Shown: piece after piece, positions 46,875 to 59,764 of the stretch | Layout: every line of letters begins with the position of its first letter | How positions within the stretch are numbered: position 1 is the stretch's first letter | Notes under the pieces: generated by a model | The model's database searches: none | Seen by the model: the letters and a program-made list of their open reading frames with translations, nothing else | Told to the model about the DNA's origin: nothing | Assembly (NCBI RefSeq): GCF_046119375.1 | Contig: NW_027362797.1 | Coordinates: forward strand, 12,400,001-12,464,000 | Direction: 5' to 3' | DNA: 64,000 nt | From: Phyllobates terribilis | Taxonomy: Eukaryota | Translations under genes and position numbers: made by a program

Positions 46875-48121
46875 TGTGGCGCCCCTGAGGGTTTAGTCGC
46901 CACAGAGGTACTGCATCTCACCCAGAGGTGTGGTATCTCAATCTCAGGTAAGGATAGAGTGCTGCCCAGGACCCTAACACCCCCATCCAACACTACACTA
47001 CTCCAGAGCAGCAGGAGGGGCAAGATGCGTCTCTTTTCCTGCTGAGCCCTGTCCCTGGCTGGAGTGGGGGGAAACAAGTGAAGGGGAACCATGTATTGGG
47101 TGTGAGTGGAGGAAGAAGATTAGGGGAGCACTTAGAAGGAGGATATAAAAGAGGGAAGCAATCTTGGGAATGTAGTCAGTCTGAGGAGAACAGTGAGAGG
47201 AGCAGGAGCTCAGCAGGAGCTCTGCTCAGGAGGAGGGCCTAGCCAGAGAGGCCCAGGACAGACTGAGGAGAAGGAGCAGGAAAAAGAGCTCCAGGAGCGA
47301 AGAGGGGATCCCAGGGGTACGGGCAGTGCTGGAGGCCACCCGTACGCCCGAATCTACCAGGCGGTGGAGGGATCGAGCCGCAGAGGGGACCGGCCCCTAA
47401 CCAGTGAGAATTATAAAGTTCAACTAGAAACCGGAGGCTTCTGTACTTTCAGGGTGCAGTTGCTACATCCGCACTCATTCTCTAAAAAGGTAGCCACATA
47501 GGTTCCAGGGAACTCCAGGTTGCCCAGAAAGATCCGAGGATACCGGCTTGGGACACTGTTTGCGAGGCGCAGGGCAGGAAGGGTGAGAGCCAGCGCAGGA
47601 AGATGGCTGAGAAGGGCATGTAGAACGGGGTCCTGTCAGGCACTCTTGAAATACCTGGGGGATTGCTGAACCCCTGCCCGGTGAACGCAGCACAACGTGG
47701 GAAGTTATGATCTGCAGTCGTAACCAGGAGCAAAGTGAGAACTGTGAGTAAACCCAGAAGACTGCACCCCACTGTCTCTGTGAATTATTGCTGCGCCATC
47801 ACCCCCTGCACTACACTGCCCAGCATCATCTACAACATCTATAACATCTACACTGCCCTGGAGCTAAGCTCTACCTGTGGAGAGCCAAACCAACTCTGCT
47901 GCATTAACAACAGCTCCAGAGGACCTGCTCCGCAGCGGCGGCTCCCTTTAGCCACATACCACAGGTGGCGTCACGAACTTTATATAAAAGCTATAAATCC
48001 CCTGTAAATAACCCCTTTTAATGACCACCCTGGGTCACGGACTGGGTCACCGCCACTGTGACATCTCCCCTAGCAACGACCGGCCCGGCACCGAGTAACC
48101 CACGGCCCAGGGGGCGCGTCA
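46875..48121 (+). mobile_element. Gypsy solo LTR (1247 bp) inserted at the end of the RNase H of Gypsy A
   Basis: tgtggcgcccc...ggggcgcgtca. TSD GATG (46871-46874 / 48124-48127) with 2 extra nt (TC) at 48122-48123; splits ANAD|ALSRMP. Confidence 0.9.
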
Positions 48122-50719
48122 TCGATGCGCTGTCCAGGATGCCCAACTTGCCAGATGGGGGAGAAGACCCGGAAAAGCTGGAGGAGATAGAGTTACCGGC
48201 TTTCCATCATCACGGGGTGACCCAGTACTCCCACTGTGTGAGGAACAAGCTCTCCGCCAACAGAGAGGCCACGTTTAACCCGTTGCCCCACCATGGATGG
48301 GCAGAGACGCAGGATAGCGTCCTGGCTGTCCACCTAGTAAAGGAGTTGCTGACACAAGCTGACTCACACCTTGATCCAGATGCTCCACAGGAGACCCAAC
48401 AGTTGTGGAAGGAGAAGGGCAAGCTGTTCATCTATGAGGGAAAGCTGTGTCGAAGAAGCATCAACTTCCGGACACACGAACTGGTCTGGCAGGTGGTAGT
48501 CCCGAAGCGGGATATGCCAATGGTCTTAGAGGCGTACTACGATGGAGCAGGACACTTCGGGTGGAAGAAGTTGTAAGTCCTGCTACGTGAGCGATTCTAC
48601 TGGGCTGGCATGAGGAAAGCAATCAAGGGATGGTGTCGAGAATGTGGTCCATGCAACCTGAGAAGGAAAGACCGTGATGGCCAGAGGGCTCCCCTGCAGC
48701 CCATAATCACTAAACAACCACTTGAACTGGTAGCCTTGGACCACATGAAGCTAGCCCCAAGCCGGTCAGGCTATGTCTACGCTCTCACCATAGTAGACCA
48801 CTAATCCCGATTCCTGGTAGTAGTGCCAGTGAAAGATCAGATGGCTAAGACGGTAGCCAAAGCATTTCAACAACACTTTTGTCACCCCACGGTTACCCTG
48901 AGCGAGTGCTTATCGACCAAGGCCCAGCCTTTGAAGAAAAAGTGTTTCAAGAATTTTTTAACTTGTATGGCTGCTAGAAAATAAGAACGATGCCATATCA
49001 TCCCCAGACCAACGGGTATTGCGAGAAAATGAACCAGGTGGTAATAGACCTGTTGAAGACATTGCCCCTTGAGGAACGTACCCTGTGGCCAGAGAAGTTA
49101 CCAGATTTGGTGGACCTATACAACCACATCTCAGTGAACTCCACCAACGGTACACCCGCTTACCTGATGAGAGCAAGACCTGGCAAGTAACCCATTGACT
49201 TAGAAATTGGGAGTTTTAACACCTGAAATGACATCACCAGATGCAGACTGGGATACGAAGCGGCAGCAACAATACCGCAAGGTGCAAGAATGTGTGGAGA
49301 GAAGGTTGTCCCAGGCAAGACAGTAGAAAACTTATAATCAGCACGCACCTGCAGTTCCCTTGTCACCAGGAGAACAGGAACTCAAAAGGAAAAGATGAGT
49401 TCACAAATTAGATGATCAGTGGGAGGTTGAGCCATACACCATCTTACCATCAAATTTTGACAACACCAAGGTGTGCCTCATCAGTAAAGATGGAGGAGAG
49501 ACATCAGCGGCAGTCTCACGAGACCACCTGAAGATATGCCCTGATCAATTGAGACACAAAGAGGAAGATCAAAACAGCCCCCATCACACAGAAAAGAAGG
49601 AAGAGACGGTCCAAACCATCCTTGGAGAATTTCCCCGGTCCTGGACGCAGGTGAATCAAGCAATCGTGGTATCTGTCTTAACCTTTCCCCAAGTAGCCTC
49701 ACCGGAAGCCACAGAGACTCTAGAACAGCAGAGAGACCAGTCAGCCCCAGAAACAGATGCTTCATCAGCAGCGGATCAGGAGAATCTACCCCCTGCTAGT
49801 GGTGAATCTGTCATACCCATGGTGAGTTTAGGAGTTCGCAGAAGGCGATCTGGTATACCAGTACTACGTAGGTCCACAAGAAGCGTAGTGAATAATGCAA
49901 CCACCATACCAGCGGTAGACACTAGAGACCCGGGTAGGTCATTTGCAACAACTGTACTGCATAGATCAACCTATAGTACCATAGGTCAGCTCCCTGCCTG
50001 TTATAGGGACTAAGAAGTAGTAAAATAATAGTATATGGTGTATAGTTGTAACCGTTAAGTAATCCTGAGTATATATAGTTATTCAATTTATGGACAAATG
50101 GACCACAGGACTAGGTGTGGTCAGTACAATGCTGAATAAAGTTGATTGTTGGCCTTGAAAATAAACCATAGGCGTGGCTGAAAACCAGGCCCACCAACAG
50201 GGTGCCCTGAAGTCACGCCAAGGGACGATACACGAAGTGGGTTGAGGCGGTTCTCACCAACCAACCTTCAGGTATCCAGAAAAAAAGTCAATTCCTGGAT
50301 TGTGGCGTAAAGACTAAGCGCCGCAGTGACTGCTACCAATTTATGTTGTGTTTTTGTGATTTTTGCTTTTTGAGACTTTGTAAACTATTTGTAATGTGAA
50401 TTGTTATTGTTGTTAATTGTTCAATTCAAAAGGTGTCCTCAGTCTGGGAGTACTGAATTTAACTAGGGGGGAATGTGGCGCCCTAGGGAGTCCGGTTGCC
50501 TCCCTCAAAGGGGGTGATGCCATGCCTGAAAGCAAGGAGGGTTCCCTAATCCGGTCTACCAGCATACAACCAGGGGTGGATTAAGAGTAGCAAGGGCCCC
50601 GGGCAGTTTAGAAGGCGCGGGCCCCCCCCCCACACCTGATTTATCACGTGACATGTCACATGATCCCCTGTGATAGATCATGTGATAGTTCACGGGAAAT
50701 TAATTTGGCACAATATTAA

Positions 50720-51122
50720 TTGTGCTGCCTCATCTGAGAGCAGCACAATATAGGGGCAGATACCCTGATTCCAGCGATGTGTCACTTTTTCAGCTGCTTG
50801 TCATTTTGAGAAAATCACCGTTTCATCTGCTGCAGATCTAGCAGCTCTCTGAATGCTGCGCTCTGTATAGCCCCACCCACACCACTGATTGGCAGCTTTC
50901 TGCCCATGCTCAGTGTACACAGAAATCTACTGATCAGTGATGGGGGTGGGGTCCTACAGAACTTACTAGTCATCTAGTGATAATTACCTTCTGACAAATC
51001 AATGATTTTATCAAAACAACACTAAGCAGCCCAGTAAGTGACACATTACTGGAATCAGTGCCTCTAACCCTACATTATGCTGCTCTCAGATTAGGTGGCA
51101 AAAACATGATGACAGATTCCCT
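50720..51122. mobile_element. Kolobok/T2-like MITE remnant
   Basis: Right end gacagattccct|TTAA and internal inverted arms (atctgagagcagca / tgctgctctcagat). The left end is missing. Confidence 0.6.
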
Positions 51123-51528
51123 TTAAAGGAGCTGTAAACACAAAAAAGTTTGTATTAAAAAAAATACAAGCCATTTGTGAAATTAACTTTTTTTCATTGT
51201 TAATTCACATTAGACTGTATCTTCAACACTTTTGTCAGCAAGTCTTATTACAGACTCTGAATAGGGCAGCTCTCTCCCTCTCCCTCAGCAGAAAGTCACA
51301 GCATGGTTAAAAAACGGGATCTTTTATGATTTTCTCATAATAAATAAAAAAGGACATGCAAGTCCTCCAAACTATTTTCCATTTCTCTATAGGGGTGGTC
51401 CTAAATCTTTCTTGTTCTTTAGTTGATCACATGTCAAAAAGGCAAAGCATTTACTATGAACTCGCCTAAAAAAATATACACTGGGAGAGTAATATCATCA
51501 TCTGCATGTAAATATTCCTTGACTCTAA

Positions 51529-51928
51529 GGGCTCGCTCACACTGTCGTATAACACGGCCGAATGCTAAGTGATGTTTTATCAGATAGGACTCGGCCCTAT
51601 GTTATACTATGGGACAGTGCAGATCTGCGATTATCGGCATGAGAAAATAATCTCATTCGATATTCGGACCATGTGCACCCATACAAGTCTATGGGTGCAC
51701 GTAAAACATTGGACTGCACACGGATGTCATCCAAGTGCAGTGCGATGAACACTCACAGAGACTATGGAGAAGATGGAGAAAGTAAGTTCTCCATCTTCTC
51801 CATATCTGTGCTGCGAGAGAATCGGATCACACTCAGTTGAAGCTCTGACAGAGTTTGAGCCAAGTGTCATTAGCATAATTGGCCCTATTCTCTTGCATGA
51901 GAGAATATATGGCTTAGTGAGTGGACCC
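51529..51928. mobile_element. PIF/Harbinger-like MITE
   Basis: TAA|gggctcgctcac...gtgagtggaccc|TAA. Confidence 0.75.
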
Positions 51929-52489
51929 TAAAACTGAATAGCAGTGACGGACAGGCACCTCACAAGCGGGATCCAGGTAGCTCTCAGATGTCATGTAGGT
52001 AGGGCTTCATTCCATGGGGTAGGGCTTAATTTCAAGGTATATAAAAAAATGGACTTTAAATAAAAATTAAATGAACACAAAAAGCACTAATTGAGTTATT
52101 TTTTTCGTATTTATGTTTGCAGCCCCTTTAAAAACCCTTTGAGGACCAAGGCACATATATGTCCCATAGTTTTAAACTGGAAAAAAATTTGATTGAATAA
52201 AATTTAAGGTCCTCGAAGGTTTAAGTAGGTCATAAATTCATACGAATACTTGCTCATACAATTGCACATGCCAAAAGATGAAGAAAAACAGAATCAAAAA
52301 TATGACATTAAGTGGAGCACTTACAGGTATTCAAGGTGAAAGAGACCAGCAAAGGCATCTTCTCGAATGACAGTAAATGAGTTAGAATTCAGCCAGCTGA
52401 AAATGAAGACAGCAGGTTAGAAGCGAACCAGACTTTATGGTGCTCAGAATTAGTCAAGCAGAATTTATTGACTGCTCTTGCAAAGCACT

Positions 52490-53380
52490 GAGACTCCCGC
52501 GGTGTATAGATGGCGCCGTGTGGCCTCCCGCTGTGTATAGATGGCGCCGTGCGGCCTCCCACTGTGTATAGATGGCGCCGTGCGGCCTCCCGCTGTGTAT
52601 AGATGGCGCCGTGCGGCCTCCCGCTGTGTATAGATGGCTACGTGCAGCCTCCCGCTGTGTATAGATGGCTACGTGCAGCCTCCCGCTGTGTATAGATGGC
52701 ACCGTATAGATGGCTACGTGCGGCCTCCTGCTGAGTATACGTGTATAGATGGCTACGTGCGGCCTTCTGCTGAGTATAGATGCCGCACAGCGCCCCCCCC
52801 CCAGAGACAGCAGGAGGCCGCACAGCGCCATCTATACTCAGCGGGAGGCCGCACGTAGCCATCTATACACAGCGGGAGGCCGCATGGCGCCCCCCCAGAG
52901 ACAGCAGGAGGCCGCACAGCGCCATCTATACTAAGCGGGAGGCCGCACGTAGCCATCTATACACAGCGGGAGGCCGCATGGCGCCCCCCCAGAGACAGCA
53001 GGAGGCCGCACAGCGCCATCTATACTCAGCGGGAGGCCGCATGTAGCCATCTATACACAGCGGGAGGCCGCACGGCGCCCCCCCAGAGACAGCAGGAGGC
53101 CGCACAGCGCCATCTATACTCAGCGGGAGGCCACACGTAGCCATCTATACACAGCGGGGAGCCGCACGGCGCCATCTCTACACAGCAGGGGGCCGCACGG
53201 CGCCATCAATACACGGTGGGGGGCCGCACGGCGCCATCTATACACAGCGGGGGGGCGCACGTAGCCATCTATACACAGCGGGGTCCGCACGTAGCCATCT
53301 ATACACAGCGGGGGGCCGCACGGCGCCCCCCCCAGATGCAGCAGGAGGCCGCACGGCGCCAACTATACTAAGCAGGTGGC
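52490..53380. repeat. ~31-bp CpG-rich minisatellite in two oppositely oriented blocks
   Basis: gtgtatagatggcgccgtgcggcctcccgct runs to ~52785, then its reverse complement (gccatctatacacagcgggaggccgcac) runs to ~53380. Confidence 0.9.
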
Positions 53381-53389
53381 CGCACGCAG

Positions 53390-53899
53390 TCAAGCACACA
53401 CACAAACATATACAGACATATACATACACGCATAAACACATTTGAAACACAAAAATACATATAAACAGACATCACACAATCATACCTGCCCACACACACA
53501 CAAACAGACATCACACAATGATATCTGCCCCCCCCACACACATACAAACAGACATCACACAATGACATCTGCCCCCCCCACACACACACACACACAAACA
53601 GACATCACACAATGACATCTGCCCACACACACACACAAACAGACATCACACAATGACATCTGCCCACACACACACGCACATACAAACAGACATCACACAA
53701 TGACATCTGCCCACACACACACAGACATACACACACAAAAACAGACATCACACAATGACATCTGCCCACACACACACACACACACAAACAGACATCACAC
53801 AATGACATCTGCCCACACACACACACACACACAAACAGACATCACACAATGACATCTGCCCACACACACACACACAGACATCACACAATGACATCTGCC

Positions 53900-53930
<31 letters not shown>

Positions 53931-54238
53931 AAATCACACAATGACATCTGCCCACACACACACAAACAGACATCACACAATGACATCTGCCTCCCCACAC
54001 ACACATACAAACAGACATCACACAATGACATCTGCCCACACACACACACACACACAGACATCACACAAACAGACATCACACAATGACATCTGCCCACACA
54101 CACACACACACATACACACACACACACATACACACACATACATACACACACACACACACACAGACATCACACAATGACATCTGCCCACACACACACAGAC
54201 ATACACACACAAACAGACATCACACAATGACATCTGCC

Positions 54239-54317
<79 letters not shown>

Positions 54318-54777
54318 ACTCACCATCCCCCGGCTCAGCTCCAGTCCTCAGGCTCTTCGGTGCAGCAGAGCAGGCCGGGTGCGCACTGCGTGACGTCACA
54401 GCTAGGAGACACGGGCGCGCACAGGGCCGTGTCTCCTAACATTTGAAACACAAAAATACATATAAACAGACATCACACAATCATATCTGCCCACACACAC
54501 ACAAACAGACATCACACAATGATATCTGCCCCCCCACACACACATACAAACAGACATCACACAATGACATCTGCCCCCACACACACACATACAAACAGAC
54601 ATCACACCATGACATCTGCCCACACACACACACACACAGACATCACACAATGACATCTGCCCACACACACACACACACACACATACACACACACACATAC
54701 ACACACACACACAGACATCACACAATGATATCTGCCCACACACACACATACAAACATACACACACAAACAGACATCA
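53390..54777. repeat. (CA)n-rich compound repeat (aaacagacatcacacaatgacatctgccc + CA run)
   Basis: Direct reading of the sequence; it is the source of the His/Thr and Cys/Val ORFs. Confidence 0.95.
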
Positions 54778-54922
54778 NNNNNNNNNNNNNNNNNNNNNNN
54801 NNNNNNNNNNNNNNNNNNNNNNNNNNNNNNNNNNNNNNNNNNNNNNNNNNNNNNNNNNNNNNNNNNNNNNNNNNNNNNNNNNNNNNNNNNNNNNNNNNNN
54901 NNNNNNNNNNNNNNNNNNNNNN
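54778..54922. other. Assembly gap (145 N)
   Basis: Run of N. Confidence 1.
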
Positions 54923-56200
54923 GCTCCAGTCCTCAGACTCTTCGGTGCAGCAGAGCAGGCCGGGTGCGCACTGCGTGACGTCACAGCTAGGAGACACGGG
55001 CGCGCACAGGGCCGTGTCTCCTAGCAGTGATGCAGCCGGGCCAGCACAGGGAAGTTAACTGCTGCAGTGCTGGCCCGGCCGATGAAGAAGTAGCGGCGTC
55101 CGCTGCTGGGGGAGCGGTACGGGGCCCCCCTCCCGCCACTGCTACCGGTATGTGCCGCGGCGGCCCGCACATATAATGAGGGCAATCCGGCATTAGACAC
55201 CTCGCCCAGAGCCGCGGGCCCTCTGGAGGCTCGGGGCCCTGGGCGGTCGCCCGGATTGCCCTCATTATAATCCGCCTATGCATACAACACTTTCCTGGCT
55301 CCAGACCAGAAAGGGGAGCCCCTCCCCTTTACACTGGAATTTGGAGGCGGGGTTAGTAAGAGTGAGTTAAGAGGAGTTGGAGACAGGAGGACGACGAGGA
55401 AGGACCTGTGAAAGGGAGCTGTGAATAAGCTCGCCCCAGAGGGAAGCGCAAGTGAACCGGACACCGGAGTCCATGGTTGTGGGGCACTGAAGGCCCAGCA
55501 GCTGAATGCGGAGGGCAGGAGACTGCAGGTCTCCTGGCCCCACCAGACACCCGGCGGCCCAGCAGCACCATAGGGCCCAGCCACGTGGGAGCGACACTTA
55601 AGGAAGGCCCGAGCTGCCTGCCATACAGGTGAGGAAAAAGACGCTTTATTCAGGGACGAGGGCCGCAGCATAGCTGCAGGGCCAAAGAGAATAGCGCAGA
55701 GGGAAGGCCTACAACTCCACCTGGCGAGGTAGATCCCCAACTTGCTTCCAGGCCGCCCAGACCTCTACTACCAGCTAGTACCCGTGCCCTGGTCGGCTTA
55801 AAAAACCGCAAGAAAAGATAAGAGAAAACCGCCATTAAGCTGTGGACTGGTCATTATCTGCGCCATCACCTGCATTACACAGCACCAACAACATCTACCT
55901 CCACAATTCTACATATACCGCCCTGGAGCTTAGCTCTGCCTGTGGAGAGCTGAACCAACTCTGCTGCGTCACCACCAGCTCCAGTGGATCTGCACCGCAG
56001 CAGCGGCCCCATATAGCCGCATGTGACAGGTGGTGTCACGAACATTATCTCTAAAAACTTTATTCCCCTTTTACTTTCCCTTTAATTGACCGCCTTGGGT
56101 CACGGACCGGGTCACTGCCACCGTGACATCACCCAGCATCGACCGGCCTGGCTACCAAGTACCCCACGGCCCAGGGGGTGCGGCAGATGCCCCCTGTAAT

Positions 56201-56443
56201 TTATTTATCATTTATTTATTTTACTCACGCTTTACAGACATTATGAGCACTGTCCCCATTGGGGCTCACAATCTAAATTTCCTATTAATGTGTCTTTGGA
56301 GTGTGGGAGAAAGCCGGACAACTGGGGGGAAACCCACACAAACACGGGGAGAACATTCAAACTCCTTGCAGATGTTGTCCTTGGTGGGATTGGAACCCAA
56401 GACCCCAGCGCGTCAAGGCTGCAGTGCTAACCACCAACCGTGC
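56201..56443 (-). mobile_element. tRNA-derived SINE (V-SINE-like)
   Basis: On the - strand: A box TGGTTAGCACTGC, B box GGTTCCAATCC, V-SINE-like core gggtttcc...ggctttctcccacactccaaagac and an A-rich tail. 6-bp TSD TGTAAT (56195-56200 / 56444-56449). Confidence 0.85.
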
Positions 56444-56598
56444 TGTAATGTAATCACATAGAGATCCCCTCGTAATGTAATCACATATAGAGCCCCCTGT
56501 AATGTAATCACATATAGAGCCCCCATAATGTAATCACATACTGTATAGAGCCGCCATAATGTAATCACATATAGAGCCCCCCATAATGTAATCACATA

Positions 56599-57069
56599 CA
56601 CACCTGGTCAAAATTGTTGGTACCCCTCGTTTAATGAAAGAAAAACCCACAATGGTCACAGAAATAACTTGAATCTGACAAAAGTAATAATAAATTAAAA
56701 ATCTATGAAAATGAATAAATGAAAGTCAGACATTGCTTTTCTGCTGCCACAGAATTTAAAAAAAATTAAACTCATGAAATAGGCCTGGACAGAAATGATG
56801 GTACTCTTAACCTAATATTTTGTTGAACAACCTTTTGAGGCAATCACTGCAATCAAACGATTCCTGTAATGAGCAAACTGCTCCAGTTGTCTCGTGTGTG
56901 AAGGTAGCCTTTTCCAGGCGGCATGTTTCAGCTCTTTCCAAAGATGCTCAATAGGATTTAGGTCAGGGCTCATAGAAGGCCACTTCAGAATTGTCCAGTG
57001 TTTTGCTCTTAGCCATTCTTGGGTGTTTTAGCTGTGTGTTTTGGGTCATTATCCTGTAGCAAGACCCAC
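56599..57069 (-). mobile_element. Tc1/mariner 3' fragment (transposase C-terminus + TIR)
   Basis: TA|cacacctggtcaaaattgttggtacccc terminus. The - strand gives LQDNDPKHT followed, after a frameshift, by a WPSMSPDLNPIEHLW-like segment. Confidence 0.85.
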
Positions 57070-57174
57070 ATCACATATATATGCCCCCCTGTAGTGTAAT
57101 CACATATAGAGCCCCCCCCCCCCCGTAATGTAATCACATATAGAGCCCCCCTGTAGTGTAATCACATATAGCCT

Positions 57175-57830
57175 AGAATAATGACGCTGGCACTCTTGGT
57201 ACAGGATGACACTGACACTAGGGGTACAAGATAATGATGCTGGCACTCTAGACGCAGGATAATGTTGCTGGCACTATGGGCACAGGATAATGACGCTGCC
57301 ACTCTGGGCACAGGATAATGACGCTGGCACTCTGGGTACAGGATAATGACGCTGGCACTCTGGGTACAGGATAATGACGCTGGCACTCTGGGCACAGGAT
57401 AATGACGCTGGCACTCTGGGCACAGGATAATGATGCTGGCACTCAGGGCACAGGATAATGACGCTGGCACTCAAGATACTGGATGACGCTGGCACTCTGG
57501 GCACAGGATAATGACGCTGGCATTTGGGGTACAGGATAATGACGCTGGCACTCTGGGTACAGGATAATAACGCTGGCACTCTGGACGCAGGATAATGATG
57601 CTGGCACTCTGGACGCAGGATAATGACGCTGGCACTCTGGGTACAGGATAATGACGCTGGCACTCTGGGTACAGGATAATGATGCTGGCACTCTGGGCAC
57701 AGGATAATGACACTGGCACTCTGGGCACAGGATAATGACACTGGCACTCAAGATACTGGATGATGCTGGCACTCTGAGCACAGAATAATGATGCTGACAT
57801 TTGGGGTACATGATAATGACGCTGGCATCA
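57175..57830. repeat. 28-bp minisatellite (gacgctggcactctgggtacaggataat)
   Basis: About 23 tandem units. Confidence 0.92.
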
Positions 57831-57989
57831 CAGGCCGGCAGCTGACGTCAGCGCGCACATCGCCAGCGTATAACATCACTGCTGGCCTGTGACTGGCTGG
57901 CGTCTGCGCCTCAGATAGACGAAGGAGAGTCGCCGCTGGAACGGCAGCCAGGTAAGGAGAAACTTTTTTGTAAAGTCGCACTATGAGGG

Positions 57990-58382
57990 CGGAATGGGAG
58001 ATGACATGGGGGCAGAATGGAGTGACATGGGGACAAAATGGGAGGTGACATGGGGGCAGAATGGGAGATGACATGGGGGCAGAATGGGAGATGACACGGG
58101 GGCAGAATGGGAGATGACATGGGGGCAGAATGGGAGATGACATAAGGGCAGAATGGGAAAGACGACATGGGAGCAGAATGGAGAGACATAGGGACAAAAT
58201 GGGAGGTGACATAGGGACAGAATGGGATGACATGGGGCAGAATGGGAGATGACATGGGGCAGAATGGAGAGACATGGGGACAAAATGGGAGGTGACATGG
58301 GGGCAGAATGGGAAAGACAGGGGCAGAATGGAGAGACGACATGGGGGCAGAATGGAGAGACATGGGACAAAATGGAAGGTGA
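57990..58382. repeat. ~23-bp minisatellite (gggggcagaatgggagatgacat), interrupted by Gypsy B
   Basis: Tandem units end at ggtga, immediately before the LTR. Confidence 0.9.
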
Positions 58383-59764
58383 TGACGCGCCCCTGTGCCT
58401 GAGTCGCGCAGCGTTGCGCACGCGGGAGCCTACCCGGAGCCGGATCTGATAGGGGTAGTAGTCTCGTGGCGGTGACCCGGTCCGTGCCCAGGGAGTCAAG
58501 CTGAGTGGCAGTTTTTAGCAGAAGATGGTACGGTGTTCGACTACGCCACCCGTTGAATGCGGCTATGAAGCCGCCGCTGCAGGGCAGACCGCTGAGGCCG
58601 GTGGTAAGGTCGTGCAGCGTAGCTGGTAGAACCCCCAACGGGAGGGGTATGGCCTCAGGGCAACCGATGTGTTAGAAGGGGGTAGCAGGAACCACTCAGA
58701 GACGGTGCGGTGTAGTTCTGGGTCTTTACTGGTGACAAAGTAGACCCTCCCGGAGTACTGGCTAGCGATCGGGGCCTGGTCAGTCCGTGAGCTGATGGGA
58801 TCTCCCCTGGCCAGGCGGAGTTGTAGGCCTCCCCAACTAATCGTACTCTTCTGGCTACCTTGCTAGAGGCGGGTAAAAGTAGCCCACGTCCCTGAGTGTA
58901 CCGTGTGGTGCTCACCCGTATGGCCGGTGACTCGGGGCCTTTTGGTAGCTTCCGCTCCACGTCGCGGTGCTGGTCCCTTGCGTGTGACCGTGCCTTCGGG
59001 TTTCTTGGCCAGAGGACCTGAAATCCCCTGCCGGGCGGTTTCTGCTGCTGGGTAAGGATTAGTCCCCACAGCCTCGGACTCCGGGTCCGGTAAGAACTCT
59101 TCAATCAGGGCGAGCTCTACAGCTTCCAGCCCCTGACCTCTTTTAGTACAGCTCCCACAGAGCTCCTGATCTTTCTTTCCCTATAGCTGCTCCACTACAG
59201 ACCAGACTGTGTCTCTGTCTGTGTTCTCTCACTCTACTCACTAACCCTGCCTCAGCCCCAGCTTTATATAGGGGAAGTTCTTCCCCTCCCAGGACTGGGC
59301 AGGAGGTGTGGCATGCATAGGATGTCTGACCAGGAAACCTCCCACCTGCTCACAGACGTAATATTGCTATCACTGTGGGAACCAGACCCCTGGGGTGCTA
59401 CATTCCCCCCTAGTGAAATTTAGTACTCCGGGACTAAACATATTTTTGTAAAACATAACAAGTAAAAACAGAAACAGTACAATAAAGAAAAACACATTAG
59501 GATGGTCACGGCGTGTCCGCAACCGGGTGCAGTTTTTGAAGAAAACAAGGGTGTCCATTTCACCAAGAGACAGGGAGCCGTAACCAGATAGGGGTCTGTC
59601 CTACCTCGAGTCCTTAACAGTCTTTAGTCCACTCCTGGTTACGCTCCAACATATGTACAAAGGATTCCGGATAATCCTTAAATGACACCTATAAAATAAC
59701 TAAAAATACACAATTATTTACAGGCAACAATAAACAGGTAAATACAAATAAACAGTCTAAACAC

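Larger units (their letters stand above)
43241..50013 (+). pseudogene. Gypsy A pol (PR-RT-RH-IN), disrupted by stops, frameshifts and two solo LTRs
   Basis: LDTGSQVT, YLDD, DASNVGLGAVL, HFGWKKL and YHPQTNGYCEKMN. Clearly homologous to the intact pol at 59765-63901. Confidence 0.93.
50571..55280. mobile_element. Non-autonomous hAT-like element (~4.7 kb including a gap) inserted in the Gypsy A 3' LTR
   Basis: Perfect 8-bp TSD CATACAAC (50563-50570 / 55281-55288) and imperfect TIRs caggggtggatta / taatccgcctatg. No transposase ORF. Confidence 0.88.
41212..56185 (+). mobile_element. Full-length decayed Ty3/Gypsy retrotransposon (Gypsy A) with three nested insertions
   Basis: 5' LTR 41212-42076, PBS 42080-42097, gag-pol remnants, PPT actaggggggaa 50462-50473, split 3' LTR 50474-50570 + 55289-56185, and TSD GATG (41208-41211 / 56186-56189). 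Confidence 0.95.
39528..57170. repeat. ~27-bp minisatellite (gtaatcacatatagagccccc...) now split into pieces by four insertions
   Basis: Units at ~39528-39552, 41116-41211, 56186-56200, 56444-56598 and 57070-57170. The register continues across each TSD. Confidence 0.8.

Noticed and set aside
47482-47772. Antisense ORF with a signal-peptide-like start (MGCSLLGLLTVLTLLLV) inside a solo LTR
   Set aside because: It is short, not seen in the other LTR copies, and has no recognisable domain; most likely chance.
53368-55024. His/Thr-rich and Cys/Val-rich ORFs
   Set aside because: They come from the (CA)n compound repeat.
54338-55024. Apparent duplication around the N gap (54338-54440 repeats at 54923-55024; 54441-54777 repeats from ~53440)
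   Set aside because: It directly flanks the gap and is most simply unmerged overlapping contig ends. Spanning reads would be needed to call it real.
57162-57811. ORFs with repeated CPECQRHY, superficially zinc-finger-like
   Set aside because: The 28-bp unit is not a multiple of 3, so the peptide cycles through frames. It lacks C2H2 spacing and TGEKP linkers.
24709-58382. Shared target-site preference among LTR insertions (GATG occurs twice)
   Set aside because: The other TSDs (AAGC, CAGG, TCAC, TTAG, CAAG, GTGA) show no consensus and the sample is too small.
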